64,000 nt of DNA, from NCBI RefSeq assembly GCF_004010195.1, contig NC_057733.1:48181877-48245876 (forward strand), written 5' to 3'. Made by a program: the position numbers and the translations under genes. The stretch comes from Chiloscyllium plagiosum. Lineage: Eukaryota. Under the pieces are notes generated by a model. The model was not told the DNA's origin, ran no database searches, and saw nothing but the letters and a program-made list of their open reading frames with translations. Below are positions 49,908 to 63,790 of this stretch, in pieces. Within the stretch, counting starts at the first letter, position 1, and each line of letters opens with the position of its first letter.

Positions 49908-50000
49908 TTTTCCTGATGAAGGGCTTTTGCCTGAAACGTCGTTTTTTTTTCCTGCTCCTCGGATGCTGCCAGACCTACTGTGCTTTTCCAGCACCACTCT
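49908..50000 (+). ncRNA. Short Penelope-like cassette with an intact minimal hammerhead core (Neptune-type)
   Basis: TTC-CTGATGA-A-GGGC(TTTT)GCCT-GAAA-CGTC at 49910-49940. Confidence 0.75.
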
Positions 50001-51542
50001 GGTGTAAACTCCTTAGTTGAAGAGTCAGCCAGAGTGGACACCAGTTCAACGTAAGGGATGGATTTTGAGGAGGGGGGGGATTGAGGTCAACCTTTTTTTA
50101 CCCAGGTGGTGGTGGTGATCTGGAATGCACTACTTAGGAGGGTGGTAGAGGAAAACTGTCTCAAATCATTTTTAAAAGAACCTGGATGCACACTTGGTAC
50201 ATAATGTTCAAGGCTATGGGCCAAGTGCTGGTAAATGGGATTGGGTTGAAGGTCAGGTGTTTCTTGTGTGTCAATGCAACTTCTGTGGTGGGAGGGCCTT
50301 TTCTGCGCTAACTCTGTGAAAGTAGGATGAGTATTGTAAATAGTTATCTCATCATAACTTTGCAGGGTTTCTGTGCCAATTGACTTTTATTTTAAACCAG
50401 TCTGCAATGAAATCAGAATAAAGCACATTTTGTATCATAAACATTTGACATGTGTTTCCACCTGTTAGCTGCACCCCAACTAGTGTTCTGCTTTCTGTTG
50501 AGGAACAGTAGAAATGCAGTTGCTTTCATCACTAGTCCTTGTGCCCACCCTGTCATCTTTTTAGTTGATTGGAAATCATTGCATGAATACCAACAAAGCC
50601 TCTGTAATAATACAGAAAATGTTTAATTTAATTGTGGGTCTATTATGTAAGATTTGAGATCTGAGTGGAAATTTGTAAGCAGAAAATATCTTCAGATGGA
50701 AGAAATACAAATTTATATGTGTTAACTTCTATAATTGCAGATTCAAAGAACACTGCAGTCAATGAAATGTAATGTTGGAGGATGAATGTACATTAGGTGG
50801 TTAGGATCTGCTTCAAGACTGGTTACTCTTCAATGTCTCCTATATGACCATAAGATATAGGAGGAAAAACTCGATTACTTGGCCTCTTGAATCTGCTCTG
50901 CCATTCAATCATGGCTGATCTATTTCTCAACCCCCATTCTCCTGCCTTCTCCTAACTCTTGATCCCCTTACTAACTAAGAAGCTACCTATCTGTCTTAAT
51001 TACACTAAATGACTTGGTCTGCACAGCCTTCTGTGGCAATGCGTTCTGTAGATTAACCATCCTCTAGCTGAAGAAATTTCCCTTGTAAGTTCTAGGCTTG
51101 TGCCCTTAGGATATGCCATAAGCCTCCCCTCTTTTTTTCTTTACCCAATCCTATATATCTCTACTTCTCCAGGGTTCCCAGAATGTGTTGGTCGCACCTT
51201 TTTGTCATTATTGGAACATGTTGGTTGCAGTTTCTTCCCAGTGCTCTGAATGTAGCTCAGGTTGACAAGAAAACATCAGATATCAAACCAGAACATGTGG
51301 CTACTATGAGAATACAATGTGTAAACTTGCTCCTGTGGGGAGCATTATGGGGCTACCTACACAAATGGACTGCAGCAGTTCAGCTTGGTAGCTCACTAAC
51401 ACCTTAAGGGCAAATAAGGTGGGTGTTAAATGCTGGCTTGGCAAGTGATGCCTACATCCCACGAATGAGTACAAAAAGGTACACTATAAGCAGCAAACAT
51501 GCTCTTTCATTTTCACCATCAGGTCTATTCTGAAATTCACTA

Positions 51543-51670
51543 GGAAAAAGTGAGTACTGTAGATTCTGGAGATCAGAGTCGAGAGTGTGGTGCTGGAAAA
51601 GCACAGTAGGTCAGGCAGCATCTGAGGAGCAGGAGAATTAACACTTCAGGCATAAGCCCTTCATCAGGAA
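51543..51670 (-). mobile_element. Short Penelope-like hammerhead cassette
   Basis: The minus strand starts TTCCTGATGAAGGGCTTATGCCTGAAG; same family as 33126-33249. Confidence 0.85.
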
Positions 51671-52312
51671 TTGTGCTTATATTTGAAGCCAGTAGATGAG
51701 TTCTTCTCAATTGGATGTGTCCAATTGGAATTAGCTAGACCCATCAGGATGTTACAAAATGTAAAGATTGGTTAATCAATCACTTGATTCTTATTGTGTA
51801 TATCTTTTAAGCAGATATTAATTACATAATCGCTTTAGGCAGACACTAAAATTCATTAATTAAAAGTTATTATAAATAGAGGTTGGTTTCTGATTGAGAG
51901 ATGTCGACATGTGAAACAGTGCATAATTCTAGTTGAGGCACTCAAGAAAATTTAACAATCCAAGATTTTAACTAAGTTTTAATGTTTACCCAGTTACGTA
52001 CTAGAGTGTGGATTATGCTCAATTTTATGTCAGATCTAGATGTGCAAGGAGATAGAATAGTTTTGACTTGCAAATAGATTATTTTGTAGTTGTGTTGAGC
52101 ATGCAGGCAGGATAAGTGCTAAAATGCATGCTCACTTGAGGAAAAAAAAACTGGTTAATTGAAAAACTTGGCATTCTAGACCATAATCGAATTAGCTTTT
52201 CATTTTGATGTACCTTTTTTATATAGCTAATGAATAAATTGTGAACCATGGCAGTCACAATCTTCTTCCATATGTGAGACTTGAGCCATTGCAGTATCTC
52301 ACTAATTTACAT

Positions 52313-52832
52313 AGTCATAGAGATGTACAGCATGGAAACAAACCCTTCATGCCAACCAGTCCCACCTGCCAGCACCCAGCCCATATCCCTCCAAACCCTT
52401 CCTATTCATATACCCATCCAAATGCCTCTTAAATGTTGCAATTGTACCAGCCTCCACCACATCCTCTGGCAGCTCATTCCATACATGTACCACCCTCTGC
52501 CTGAAAACATTGCCCCTTAGGTCTCTTTTATATCTTCCCCTCTCACCCTAAACCTATGCCCTCTAGTTCTGGACTCCCCGACCCTAGGGAAAAGACTTTG
52601 CCTATTTATCCTATCCATGCCCCACATAATTTTGTAAACCTCCAAGGTCTCCCCTCAGCCTCCGACGCTTCAGGGAAAACAGCCCCAGCCTGTTCAGCCT
52701 CTCCCTGTAGATCCTCCAACCCTGGCAACATCCTTGTAAATCTTTTCTGAACCCTTTCAAGTTTCACAACATCTTTCTGATAGGAAGGAGACCAGAATTG
52801 CATGCAATATTCCAACAGTGGCCTATCCAATG
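52313..52832 (-). mobile_element. CR1/HER1-like LINE 3' fragment
   Basis: The minus-strand ORF reads LEYCMQFWSP...LERVQKRFTRMLPGL; CR1 3' UTR follows. Confidence 0.9.
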
Positions 52833-54569
52833 ATATAATGGAAGTATTATTGTCCAGTTTATGCTTTGTTACTACAATTTCTGTGAAGTACCAGTACGCC
52901 TGGCCTGAAACACTGCCATATCCTTAATGTCCTCTACTTAGAGTTGCCAGATCTATGGGCTGTGGACTGTGCACAATTTGCCAAAGCATTTCACATGGCC
53001 TGAAGTTTGCTTTACTGGAAGCTGTGAACAGCCTGAGGTGGGAAGCTGTGCTGGTGCTTTTATGGGCCATGTTTGGGAATTTGAGGCTTTCAAGGAGATT
53101 CTGGCTTGAAGGACATGTGCTGCAATATGGGGAGAAGGCAGTGAGAGTTCGATTGTGTCAGGTTGTGGTGGTAAAAGGGGTGGGTAGGATTGATAGTCAG
53201 GCTGCTGCGTCGTTCCTATTAATTTGTCTTTCCCAAAAACATTGCACACTGATTAGGTTTTTCCTGCCCTGATTTGTATTACTGCTTCCTTTTTGTCCAT
53301 TCAGTCAGGAAGCTGGGAATCCCTACTCAAAGAAATCACTCTTTAACAAATTAGTTTCCAGGGGAGGAATGTTGGAGAGGAATAAAAAGCAAATTGAGCA
53401 CTGCCTATTTCAGTGTAAAATATTTGGGGTAATGTTTATGGAAAGTTTTTCAATTACATAATCCCATGGATTGTTTTCATGAAGTAAATGGCTGCAAAGA
53501 AAGACAAAGAGAAGAGGGATTGGGGGTAGTAAGGGTTGACAGAGATAGAAAAGAGGGGAGTGCAGCTGAGGAAAAAGATGGAGGGAAAGCACGATGAGAG
53601 GAGCAAATGCTATGCTAAAACTCAACTTAAAACCACCATTTTCATGTGAATCCTACCTAGGCCAGCTGTGTGTATGCCTCACACGTGCTTGGCCCCAGTC
53701 ACTACCACCTCCCCTGGTGACCATGATTTGGGGCTAATTTTTTTTTCCCTCTCCCCTCTCTTTGTAACTCTGCTTATTCTTTGGCAAAGTTTGGCTTTAT
53801 TTTTGAGTTTTGTTTGGTACTTTTTAATAATTTCTATTTACTAAATTATCTGCCTTTTAAAATTAAACTTTGAATAATTCAGATTGTGGCAACCCTTTCT
53901 GAAATTTGCCTACCCTGAGGAAGAGTAAAATTGAAATGTTGATCATTGCCAACGTTTGAAAAGGTTTGACAATCCTATTTTTCTATCTGTTCATATTCCT
54001 TTTTTATTATAACTATAGAGTCCAAAAATACAAATATTTTCTCAAAAAATATTTGTGTACTCAAAAGGCCCAAGCACTGTTCAATTTTGATTCCTGTGGG
54101 AACATTGCTGCCTCGACTTGCATCTCCCCTTTTTTATTTCTGCTTCTTTAATTATTTAGTTGGCTCTAAGTCTCACTTCTCTTGCTATCCTTTTCCTAAT
54201 GCTCTCTATCGATTATGCTGTAACAAATTTAAAAAATCAAATCACACGTTCTTATTTTTGTTACAACTAAGCACAGATCCTCAAATAACAAGAGAATGTT
54301 CTGCTGGACCCAAAATTAACAACTTCTAAAGATTTATGATCATTGTCATGAGATGATGGCTACAACACATGCCAAGGATTTATTTCAAGAACCCTGCGGG
54401 CAGAGAGATAATTTGTTTCCAGCTTTGCCAACACCAGTTTGAGATAGTTGCCTGGTAGTCCTTGTGTATAGTGTTATGTAAACATTGACTCACTTCCTGC
54501 TGAACTAGATTTTATTACCTAAATCCCTAACAGTAACATAATCATTAGTCCCTCGAACATGACTAATCA

Positions 54570-55085
54570 TTTGAAGAGTTCCGCCAGGGTCAATGTTGGG
54601 ACCATAACTATTCATGTTATACATTAATGATGTGGACAAAGGAGTTGAGTGCATTGTTGCTAAGTTTGCAAGTGACCCAAAGGTGGGAGGGACAGGTAGC
54701 GATGAGGAAGTGGGAAGACTGCATAAGGATTTTAAGCTAGGACAGTGGGTAAAAAAGTGGAAAATGGAATATAATATGGGAAAATGTGAGATTATACATT
54801 TTGGAAGGAAGAGTATTCCCTAAATCGGGAAAGGTTTGGGAAATCTGAAGCACAAAGGGACTTGAAAAAATCCTTAACTAGGACTCCTAACTTTAACATG
54901 CAGGTTCAGTGGCAGTTAGGTAAATGCAATGTTAGCATTCATTTAGAGAAGGCTAGAATACCAGAACAGGCATGTACTCCGGAGGCTGTATAAGCCTCTG
55001 GTCAAACCACATTTTGGAATATTGAACAGTTTTGGGCACTGTAATCTAAGGAAGAACGTGCTAATGTTGGAAGCAGTTCAGATTC
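54570..55085 (+). mobile_element. Old CR1 RT fragment
   Basis: PPGSMLGP and YINDVD...KFASDPKVGG...KCEIIHFGRK. Confidence 0.75.
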
Positions 55086-55512
55086 AATAGATTAATTTGG
55101 ATGAAGTGATGGAATGTTATTTTGTGGAGGCAACTGTCCAAGACACCATTGCCTACGGTGAAGGTGAAATTGCTAATTTGGAGTAAGTAAGGAACTCTCG
55201 CATAAGAGTATGAGGAGGAAATGATGACTAACTTGGCTTTAGATATTGATTTGAATAGACCTAACAGTTTTTTGTGTTCCTCATTTTAAGTAAACTTCCT
55301 GTATTTGACTGGGAATAGTTAGGATAAGGTGAATGTGGTCTAAATTTCACTGATTCAAGTTGTTGAGTCTGCTATTGGAAGATTGTTTATTTGAGTCCAA
55401 CATAGACCTGACTTCCATAATCTGGTAGTTTTGAGTTTAGAATCCTGCTATAGTTCTAGAGCAATTTTCAGCCAATTTTCTCTTGTCAGTGTTTTGGGCT
55501 TAGATGCACCCT

Positions 55513-56390
55513 TGAGGTCCCAGGAGGACCAGTTCCACCATAGAACACACCAGATGGCCTCCTCCTTTTAGAGACCACAATTTCCCTTCCCACGTGGTTA
55601 AAGATGCCCTCCAACGCATCTCGTCCACATCCTGCACCTCCGCCCTCAGACCCCACCCATCCAATCGTAACAAGGACAGACGCCCCTGGTGCTCACCTTC
55701 CACCCTACCAACCTTCGCATAAACCAAATCATCCATCAAAGTTTTACCTGCACATCCACCAATATCATTTATTGTATCCGTTGCTCCCGATGCATTGGGG
55801 AGACTGGGCACCTCCTAGCACAGCGCTTTAGGGAACATCTCCGAGACACCCGCACCAATTAACCACACCGCCCCGTAGCCCAACATTTCAACTCCCCTCC
55901 CACTCCTCCAAGGACATGGAGGTCCCTGGGCCTCCTTCACTGCCGCTCCCTCACCACCAGACGCCTGGAGGAAGAACTCCTCATCTTCTGCCTCGGAACA
56001 CTTCAACCCCAGGGCATCAATGTGGACTTCAACAGCTTCCTCATTTCCCCTTCCCCCACCTCATCCTAGTTTCAAACTTCCAGCTTCGCACTGTCCCCTT
56101 GACTTGTCCAGACTTGTCCGACCTGTCTAACTCCTTTTCCACCTATCCTCTCCTCCCTGACCTATCGCCTTCATCTCCTCCCCCACTCACCCATTGTACT
56201 CTATGCTACTCTCTCCCCTCCCCTAGCTTATCTCTCCACGCTTCAGGCTCTCTGCCTTTATTCCTGATGAAGGGCTTTTGCCCGAAATGTCGATTTCGCT
56301 GCTCCTTGGATGCTGCCTGAATTGCTCTGCTCTTCCGGCACCACTGATCCAGAATCTGGTTTCCAGCATCTGCAGTTATTGTTTTTACCC
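55513..56390 (+). mobile_element. Penelope-like element (Neptune-like) 3' part with hammerhead, 14-bp TSD
   Basis: TSD CTTAGATGCACCCT at 55499-55512 and 56391-56404. GIY-YIG remnant FTCTSTNIIYCIRCSRC; TTCCTGATGAAGGGCTTTTGCCCGAAATGTCGA at 56261-56293. Confidence 0.9.
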
Positions 56391-57390
56391 CTTAGATGCA
56401 CCCTGACAGCTGGTCTTGTTCATTTTAATTGCAGATAACACAAGATCACTGGTTTGGTGTGTTGGCTAAAGTTTATAGATTTTTATGCTAGTAAGCCACT
56501 TAGGTACTTTTGACTAGCTAAAGCTATGTAGAAAATTTAATGTGGAATCTCCTCCCTATTGGAATTGTGGGGTACCTACACTAGGTGGACTGCAGTGGTT
56601 CAATGTGGCTCACTACCTTCTCAAGAACAATGAAGGTTGGACAATATATGCTCGACCAGCTAGCAAACCCCACATCCCATCACTGAATTGTTTAAAATTG
56701 GTCATAGTGCATCTTAACAAATCTAATTTTATATATTCTTTATTGTTGATGTAAACATTTTACAATGACGTACTGTTTCTTAAAGCAACAGTGGGGAAAT
56801 GTAAACATGTGCTTCAAAGGATATCAGTCATTTTGAACTTTTGAACTGCAATTGGAAGCAGGATTAGGCAGTTCAGTTCCTTTGGACCTGCTCAATCATA
56901 TAATGAGGTCATCGCTAATCTGATTAGAACATCAATTCCACATTCCCACTTTTACCACCTTGCTTAATAAGAATCTATCCATCCCAGCCTTTTAAAGTTA
57001 AACAAAGTTTCTGTTCCCTCCTCTTTGGAGGAAACTTCCAATGACCCTTGAAGAGAAAGTTTCGCCTCCTCTCTACTGGTGATCCCTAGTTTTAGATTCT
57101 CTCTCAAAAGCAAACATCCGCCCTGTCAAGGCGCCACAGGATTTTATATTTCAATCAAGTCACCTCACTCTTCGAAGTCCAACAGACTTTCGTTCTTTCG
57201 TTCTCTCTCTCTCTCTCTCCTGGCCTGTTAAGTGTCATTACAGTTTTTTTTAAAAGTACTCCTGGTTCAATGAGCTTCATCTTCTGTGGAAGATTATACA
57301 TGCCATTTTGTTATTTACTTTAATTGTCTCACTGCTTAACACAAATTTTGTGGGGTACACTAACTTTGGTACTTTGATCCTTTATTCTAG

Positions 57391-57519
57391 ATTGGATTAC
57401 TATTGCCAATAATCTTCTTCACAAGTGCCATATTAATCAGAGGGTGACAAAGCTTTGTGAGTGTGATGCAGGTGTATTTATTGCCCTTTATGAAGCCATT
57501 CTTGGTGAAAAGGTCCCAG
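57391..57519 (+). CDS. CEP95: CEP95 exon 2
   Basis: 129 nt: [42 protein letters not shown]; AG/GT flanked; matches the CEP95 N-terminus. Confidence 0.95.
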
Positions 57520-57728
57520 GTAAGTGAGTCACAATTAATAATTCATTTGTAATAAATCCTAAGTTGAGAGTGTAGTGCTGGAAAAGGTCAGGTAGCATCC
57601 GAGGAGCAGGCGAATTGATGTTTCGGGTGAAATCCTGTTTAGTACTACAGTGATTTTCAAAGTTCTATTATGCTGTGCAATGTATTCAATGAGAAGTTGT
57701 AACATGTAACTTTTAAAATCTATTACAG

Positions 57729-57836
57729 ATTACATAGCTACTCCCAAAAGTCAGGAAGATGATGTCCATAACGTACAGGCAGTGATAGATTCATTGGCTT
57801 TGGACTACTTGCAAATCAGCTTGTCGCATATAACTG
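57729..57836 (+). CDS. CEP95: CEP95 exon 3
   Basis: 108 nt: [35 protein letters not shown]. Confidence 0.95.
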
Positions 57837-58070
57837 GTCAGTAATAAATAAAGCTTGAACCTCGATGGAAAACACAATCTGGGGGTGGGGAGGAAAATGT
57901 TCGCACAACGTTTAGTTGAATACAGACAATGGATTATTTATCTATTGTTCACGAGGTGCTGTGTTCAGAATTTGCTTTCTGATTGTCAGGCTGCCTTTTT
58001 TTAAATTAACATTGGCAACAATTTGAAACAAACGATCATGCAACGTTCTGTCCTCGGTTGCATCAAAGTA

Positions 58071-58420
58071 CAGTAGCACCTCGACATACGAACAACCCCG
58101 TTCACGAACAAATCAGTTTACGAACAGAATTGTACGTAAAATTTTGTTTCAACGTATGTGTGAAATTCAAGGTCCAAACGCAAAAAGCCAGTGTGTGACC
58201 ACGTGGTTTCATTGTTCTGCTTTGCTACGCACTTGAACGCAAAAGCTCTCTGGCCCCGCGTGATCTCATTCAGTTCGTCTTTGGCGCGTGCACTGTGAAC
58301 AGCGTTCGTTGCTACGTCCAAGCATTTCGAACAATGGGAAAAATTGATTCAGTTCGCCAACTTTTCGGTTCGCAAACCGGGAGCCAGAACGGATTAAGTT
58401 CGTAAGTCGAGGCGCTACTG
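58071..58420. mobile_element. 350-bp pogo/Tigger-type MITE
   Basis: TA|CAGTAGCACCTCGACATACGAAC ... GTTCGTAAGTCGAGGCGCTACTG|TA: 23-bp TIRs with 2 mismatches, TA TSD, CpG-rich (young). Confidence 0.92.
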
Positions 58421-58515
58421 TATTAGAAATATGGGCATAAATTTAGGGTAACAGAAAAAAGTAATTTGTCAAAGCATTTGTGTAAATTGATGCTTTTTTG
58501 TTTCCTCTTGCTTAG

Positions 58516-58626
58516 GAGAGAATATTATTCAGAGTGACCAAGAAAATATACGGAATTTGTTAGAAATCTTTGATGGTTTGTTAGAATATCTCACAGAACA
58601 GATAAGCGATGCTTCCTCCCAGCACG
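58516..58626 (+). CDS. CEP95: CEP95 exon 4
   Basis: 111 nt: [36 protein letters not shown]; donor G|GTGAGT. Confidence 0.95.
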
Positions 58627-59296
58627 GTGAGTAGTTGTGATTTTAATAAACTCAGCAGAATGAAGAGCTGTCTAGTTGACTAGCCTTTGAAAATTGTTTT
58701 ATTCATTGATCATAACCCACTTTTTTTATGACACAACTTAAATTAAATGTGAACTTGAACTTTGGCCTTAGTACTTACAGGAAACATCCCTACACATGCA
58801 TTGCAGAGGTTCAAAAAAACTCACCACAACTTTTAGGGTAATTGAGGATGACACAGTCAGCAATGTCCATGTCTCAGAATTGCAAATAAAACAAAACTTA
58901 GATTGTGCAAACTGTGCTGAAGTGCTCTTTTAACTCCTTCCATTTCCTTCAGATCAAAGTGGTGTGGCATGGGTACCTTCATAGGCCTTAATAATGCCTG
59001 TCTCTTTGTTTCATGTACTCCACATTCCTCCCTCCAGTCCTTCTCTGGCCCATTCCAACACCTTCCTCCAGTATATCAATGACATCATCCATGCTGCCTC
59101 CCTCTCTGGGATTAGAGAAAATTATCTATTTTGTTTTCTACTCTGCTGTCAGCTTTACCTGGTCCATCTGATTTCTCCCTTCTCCTCCTCTTTGACATCT
59201 GTTTCCATTTCTGGGGATAGGCTGGTCATCAATATCCACTATATTTACTCCCATATTTACTTTGACTGTACATCCTCACACCCTGTTTCCTAGAAA

Positions 59297-62200
59297 GAAC
59301 ATAGGACATAGAAATGGATAGCACAGAACAGGCCCTTCAGCCCATGATGTTGTACCGAGGATTAATCCTAATATAAAATAAAATAACCTACCTACACATC
59401 CTTCAATTCACTGCTGTCCATGTGCATGTCCAGCAGTCACTTAAATGTCCCAAATGACTCTGCTTCAACCACCGTTGGCAACGCATTTCATGCGTTCACA
59501 ACTCTGTGTAAAGAACCTGCCTCTGACGTCGTCTCTATACCTTTCTCCTAATATCTTAAAACTATGACCCCTCGTGCTAGTCATTCTTTTCCTGGGGAAA
59601 AGAGTTTGGCTATCGATTCTACCCATGCCTCTCATACCTTGTACACCTCGATCAGGGCACCTCTCTTCCTCCTCTTCTCCAGAGAGAAAAGTCTGAGCTT
59701 AGTCAACCTCTCTTCGAAAGACAAGCCTTCCAATCCAGGCAGAATCCTGATAAACCTTTGCACCCTTTCCAAAGCCTCTGCATCTTTCCTGTAATAGAGT
59801 GACCAGAAGTTGACACAATATTCTAAGTGTGGTCTTACCAGGGTTTTGTAGAGCTGCAGCAAAACCTTGTGACTCTTAAACTCAATCCCCCTGTTAATGA
59901 AAGCCAAAACACCATATGCTTTCTTAACAACGCTATCCACTTGGGTGGCAACTTTGAGGGATCTGTGCACTTGAAAGCCAAGATCCTGCTGTTCCACCAC
60001 ACTGTCAAGAACCCTGTCTTTAATCCTACATTCAGCATTCGGGTTTGACTTTCCAAAAGGCGTCACTTCACATTTATCTAGTTTGAACTCCATCTGCCAT
60101 ATCTCAACCCAGCTCTGCATCCTGTCAATGTCGAGTTGCAGCCTGCAACAACCCTCGATACTATCAATAGCACTTCCAATCTTTGTGTCATCTGCAAATT
60201 TACTAACCCACCCCTCAACCTCCTCGTCATAGTCATTTATAAAAACTACAAAGAGCAGAGGCCCAAGAACAGAGCCCTGTGGGACACCACTCGCCACTGA
60301 CCTCAAGGCAGAATACTTTCCATCTACAACCACTCTCTGCCTTCTGTCAGCCAACCAATTCTGAATCCAGATAGCCAAATCTCCCTGTATCCCATATCTC
60401 CTGACTTTATGAATGAGCCTACCATGGGGAACCTTGTGAAATGTCTTGCTGAAGTCCATGTACACCACATCCTCTGCCAAACCTTTGTCAACCTGTCTCG
60501 TCACCTCCTTCATAAGATTTGTGAGGCATGACCTGCCCCCTCAAAGCCATGCTGACTGCTTTTAATCATGCTATGCTTTTCCAAATAATCATAAATCCTA
60601 TCCCTCAGAATTCTTTCCAAAACTTTGCTGACCACAGACATAAGACTGACTGGTCTGTAATTGCCAGGGATTTCCCTATTATCCTTCTTGAAAAAGGAAC
60701 AACACTCACCTATTTCCAATCCTCCGCTACACTCCTGTGGAGAGTGAGGAAACAAAGTTCTTCGCCAGCAGCTTAGCAACCTCCTTTCTTGCTTCCCGGT
60801 GCAGCCTGCAATAAATCTGGTCTGACCCTGGAGACTTACAATCTTACTGTTTACCAAAGTTTCCAGCACATCAACTTCCTCAATCTTGATCTGTTCAAGC
60901 CTGTTTTCCTGCTCCTCAAAATTCTCATTCACAACAAGGTCCCTTTCCTTAGTAAAAAACTGAAGCAAACAACTAATTTAAGGCTTCCCCTATCTGCTTT
61001 TACTCCCACACACAAGTTCCCTACGCTATCCCTGACCGGCTCTACCTTATCTCTGATCGCTCTCTTATTCCTCACGTATGAGTAAAATGCCTTTAAATTC
61101 TCCCTAATCCTTCTGAGCCTTTTTTTGTGTCCTCTCCTAGCTCTCCTCAATCCATTTTGAGGTCCTTTCTAGTAAGCCTGTAATCCTCCAAAGCTTTGTT
61201 AGATCCTTGTTTCCTCCACCTTACGTAAGCTGCCTTCTTCCTTTTGACGAGAAGCTCCTCAGTTCTTGTTATCCAAGGCTCCTTTTAATCTTGGCCCTTC
61301 TTGCCTGGCTCATTGCCGAGTACCAAATCCAAAATGGCCTGTCCCCTCATTGGCCTGTCTACATCCTGAGTAAGGGAACCCTCCTGAATACACCTTACAA
61401 GAACAGCGCTATCCAAACCATCTGCACTAAGGAGGTTCCAATCAATATTGAAGTCACCCATAACAGCAACCCTGCTACATCTGCATTTTTCCAAAATCTG
61501 CTGGCCTATGAGTTCTTCGATCTCCGTACTGCTATTAGGGGGTCTGTAGAAAACCCCAATGAAGTGGCTGTTTCCTTGTTGATCGTAACTTCCACCCATA
61601 TGACTTCCTCGACAACCTCCCTTTCTGTAGTTGTGACACACTCCCTGATTAGCAATTCTACACCCCCTCCTCTTTTTTTTTTTCCCCTATCCCTGTTCTT
61701 TTTAAATGTTCTAAGCCCTGGAATATCTAGCAACCATTCCTGGTTGTGTGAAACCCACGTCTCCATTATGGCCACAACATCATAGTCCCAAGTACTGATT
61801 TATGCTCTTAAGTTCATCACTCTTATTTCTGACGCTCTTTGCGTTTTAAAGTAGACACAATTTAATCGGTCTCTTTGTTTCATCACATGAGAAACCTCCC
61901 TGATAGATTCACCACATCCTGTCACTGCCCCATCTACAACTACCCCCCTCTCCGATGTTTAGCTCTGGTTCCTACCCCCCTGCCAAACTAGTTTAAACCC
62001 TCATTAACCACACGAGCAAATCTCCTACCCAGGAAATTTGTGCCCCTCCAGTTCAGGTGCAACCCGTCCTTCATGTACGGGTCCCACCTTCCCCAGAAGG
62101 CATCCCAATGGTCTTAAGTATCTGAAGCCCTCCCCCCTGCACCAGCTGCGCAGCCATGTGTTAAACTGTACTTGCTGCCTGTTCCTCACCTCACTATCTT

Positions 62201-62505
62201 ATGGCACCGGGAGCAAACCTGAGATCACTACTCTACTTGTCCTGCTCTTCAGTTTCCAACCTAACTCTCTGTAGTCACTTCTCAGATCCTCAATCCCTTT
62301 CCTGGCTATATCATTGGTGCCAACGCGTACAGCGATTTCTGGCTGCTCACCCTCTCCTTTAAGAATCTTGTAAACCTGATTTGGCAACATCCTGGACCCT
62401 GGCACCGGGGAGGCAACATATTTCCAGGAGTCCCGTTTCTGATTACAAAATATCCTGTCAATCCGTCTAACTATTGAGTCCCCTACCACTAGTGCTTTTC
62501 TATCC
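59297..62505 (-). mobile_element. Near-full-length CR1 LINE (ORF1 esterase, endonuclease, RT, tail) in CEP95 intron 4
   Basis: VGDSIVRR...VGTNDI (SGNH ORF1), GVFYRPPN and MGDFN (endonuclease), and RT ORF 59632-60513 with FADD. Same family as 10335-13137. Confidence 0.95.
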
Positions 62506-62509
62506 AGCC

Positions 62510-63138
62510 AGACTGCTGACTGCTGACTGCCAGACTACTGCGACCCCTAGGACTCATAACGGCACACAAACCAACAGCCACGCTCAGACAACAACTCACC
62601 AGAACGAAGGACCCGATACCCAACATGAGCAAAACGAATGTAGTGTACAAAATACCATGCAAGGACTACACAAAACACTATATAGGACAAACAGGAAGAC
62701 AGCTAATAATCCGCATACATGAACATCAACTAGCCACGAAACGACACGACCAGCTATCCTTAGTAGCCACACACGCAGACAACAAGCAACATGAATTCGA
62801 CTGGGACAACACTACTATCATAGGGCAAGCCAGACAGAGAACAGCCAGGGAATTCCTAGAGGCATGGCATTCATCCACAAACTCCATCAACAAACACATC
62901 GACCTGGACCCAATATACCAACCACTACAGCGGACAGCTGAAACTGACAACCGGAAGCGGCAGGGACAGACTACTATAAATACCAGAGGAAACATCAAAG
63001 AAGCGCTTCGCAGGAGGCTCCCAAGCACTGAGGATGTCGCCTAGCCAGGGGACAAAACGTTTGCAACAAAAACTTGCAGCTCGGCGAACAGAACCACAAC
63101 AACGAGCACCCGAGCTACAAATCTTCGCACAAACTTTG
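62510..63138 (+). mobile_element. Penelope-like element (Poseidon-like) 3' part with open GIY-YIG endonuclease frame
   Basis: ORF 62625-63044 reads NVVYKIPCKDYTKHYIGQTGRQLIIRIHEH...REFLEAWHS...INK. Hammerhead-like GCA-CTGAGGA...GGGGAC-AAAA-CGTT-TGC at 63025-63064. Confidence 0.92.
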
Positions 63139-63139
63139 A

Positions 63140-63790
63140 AGGTTCATAGTTTGTTGAAAATGAAGTCACAGATAGATATAGGACAGGACAGTGAAGAAGG
63201 CATTTGGCATGCTTTCCTTTTACCGGTCAGACCATTGAGTATAGGAGCTGGGAGGTCATGTTGCAGCTATACAGGACATTGGTAGGGCTACTTTTGGAAT
63301 ACAGCATGCAATTCTGATCTCCCTACTATAGAAAGGATTTTTTTGATACTTGAAAGGATTAGAAAAGATTAACAAGGATATTGCCAGGTTTGGAGGGTTT
63401 CAGCTATACTAAGAGGCTGAATAGGCTGGTGCTGTATTCCCTGCAGCATCAGAGGTGGGGAGTGGGGGTGACCTTTTTAGAGGCTCATGATATCATGAGG
63501 AGCATGGTTAGAGTAAATAGGCTAGGTCTTTTCCACTGGGTGGGGAGTCCAAAATTGAAAGCCATAGTGGAAAGATTTGAAAGACACCCAAGGGGCAACT
63601 TTTTTTCACGCAGTGCTGCATGTATCAAATGAGCTGCCAGAGGAAGTGGAGGTGGCTGGTATAATTACAACATTTAAAATAATAGGAAGGGCTTGGAAGG
63701 ATATGGGCCAAATGCTGGCAGATGTGACTAGGTTGATTTAGGATATCTGGTTGGCATGGACAAGTTGGATCAACTCTGTTTATGATTCTG
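63140..63790 (+). mobile_element. CR1/HER1-like LINE 3' fragment
   Basis: LQLYRTLV and PGLEGFSY..RLNRL, followed by the CR1 3' UTR. Confidence 0.85.
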
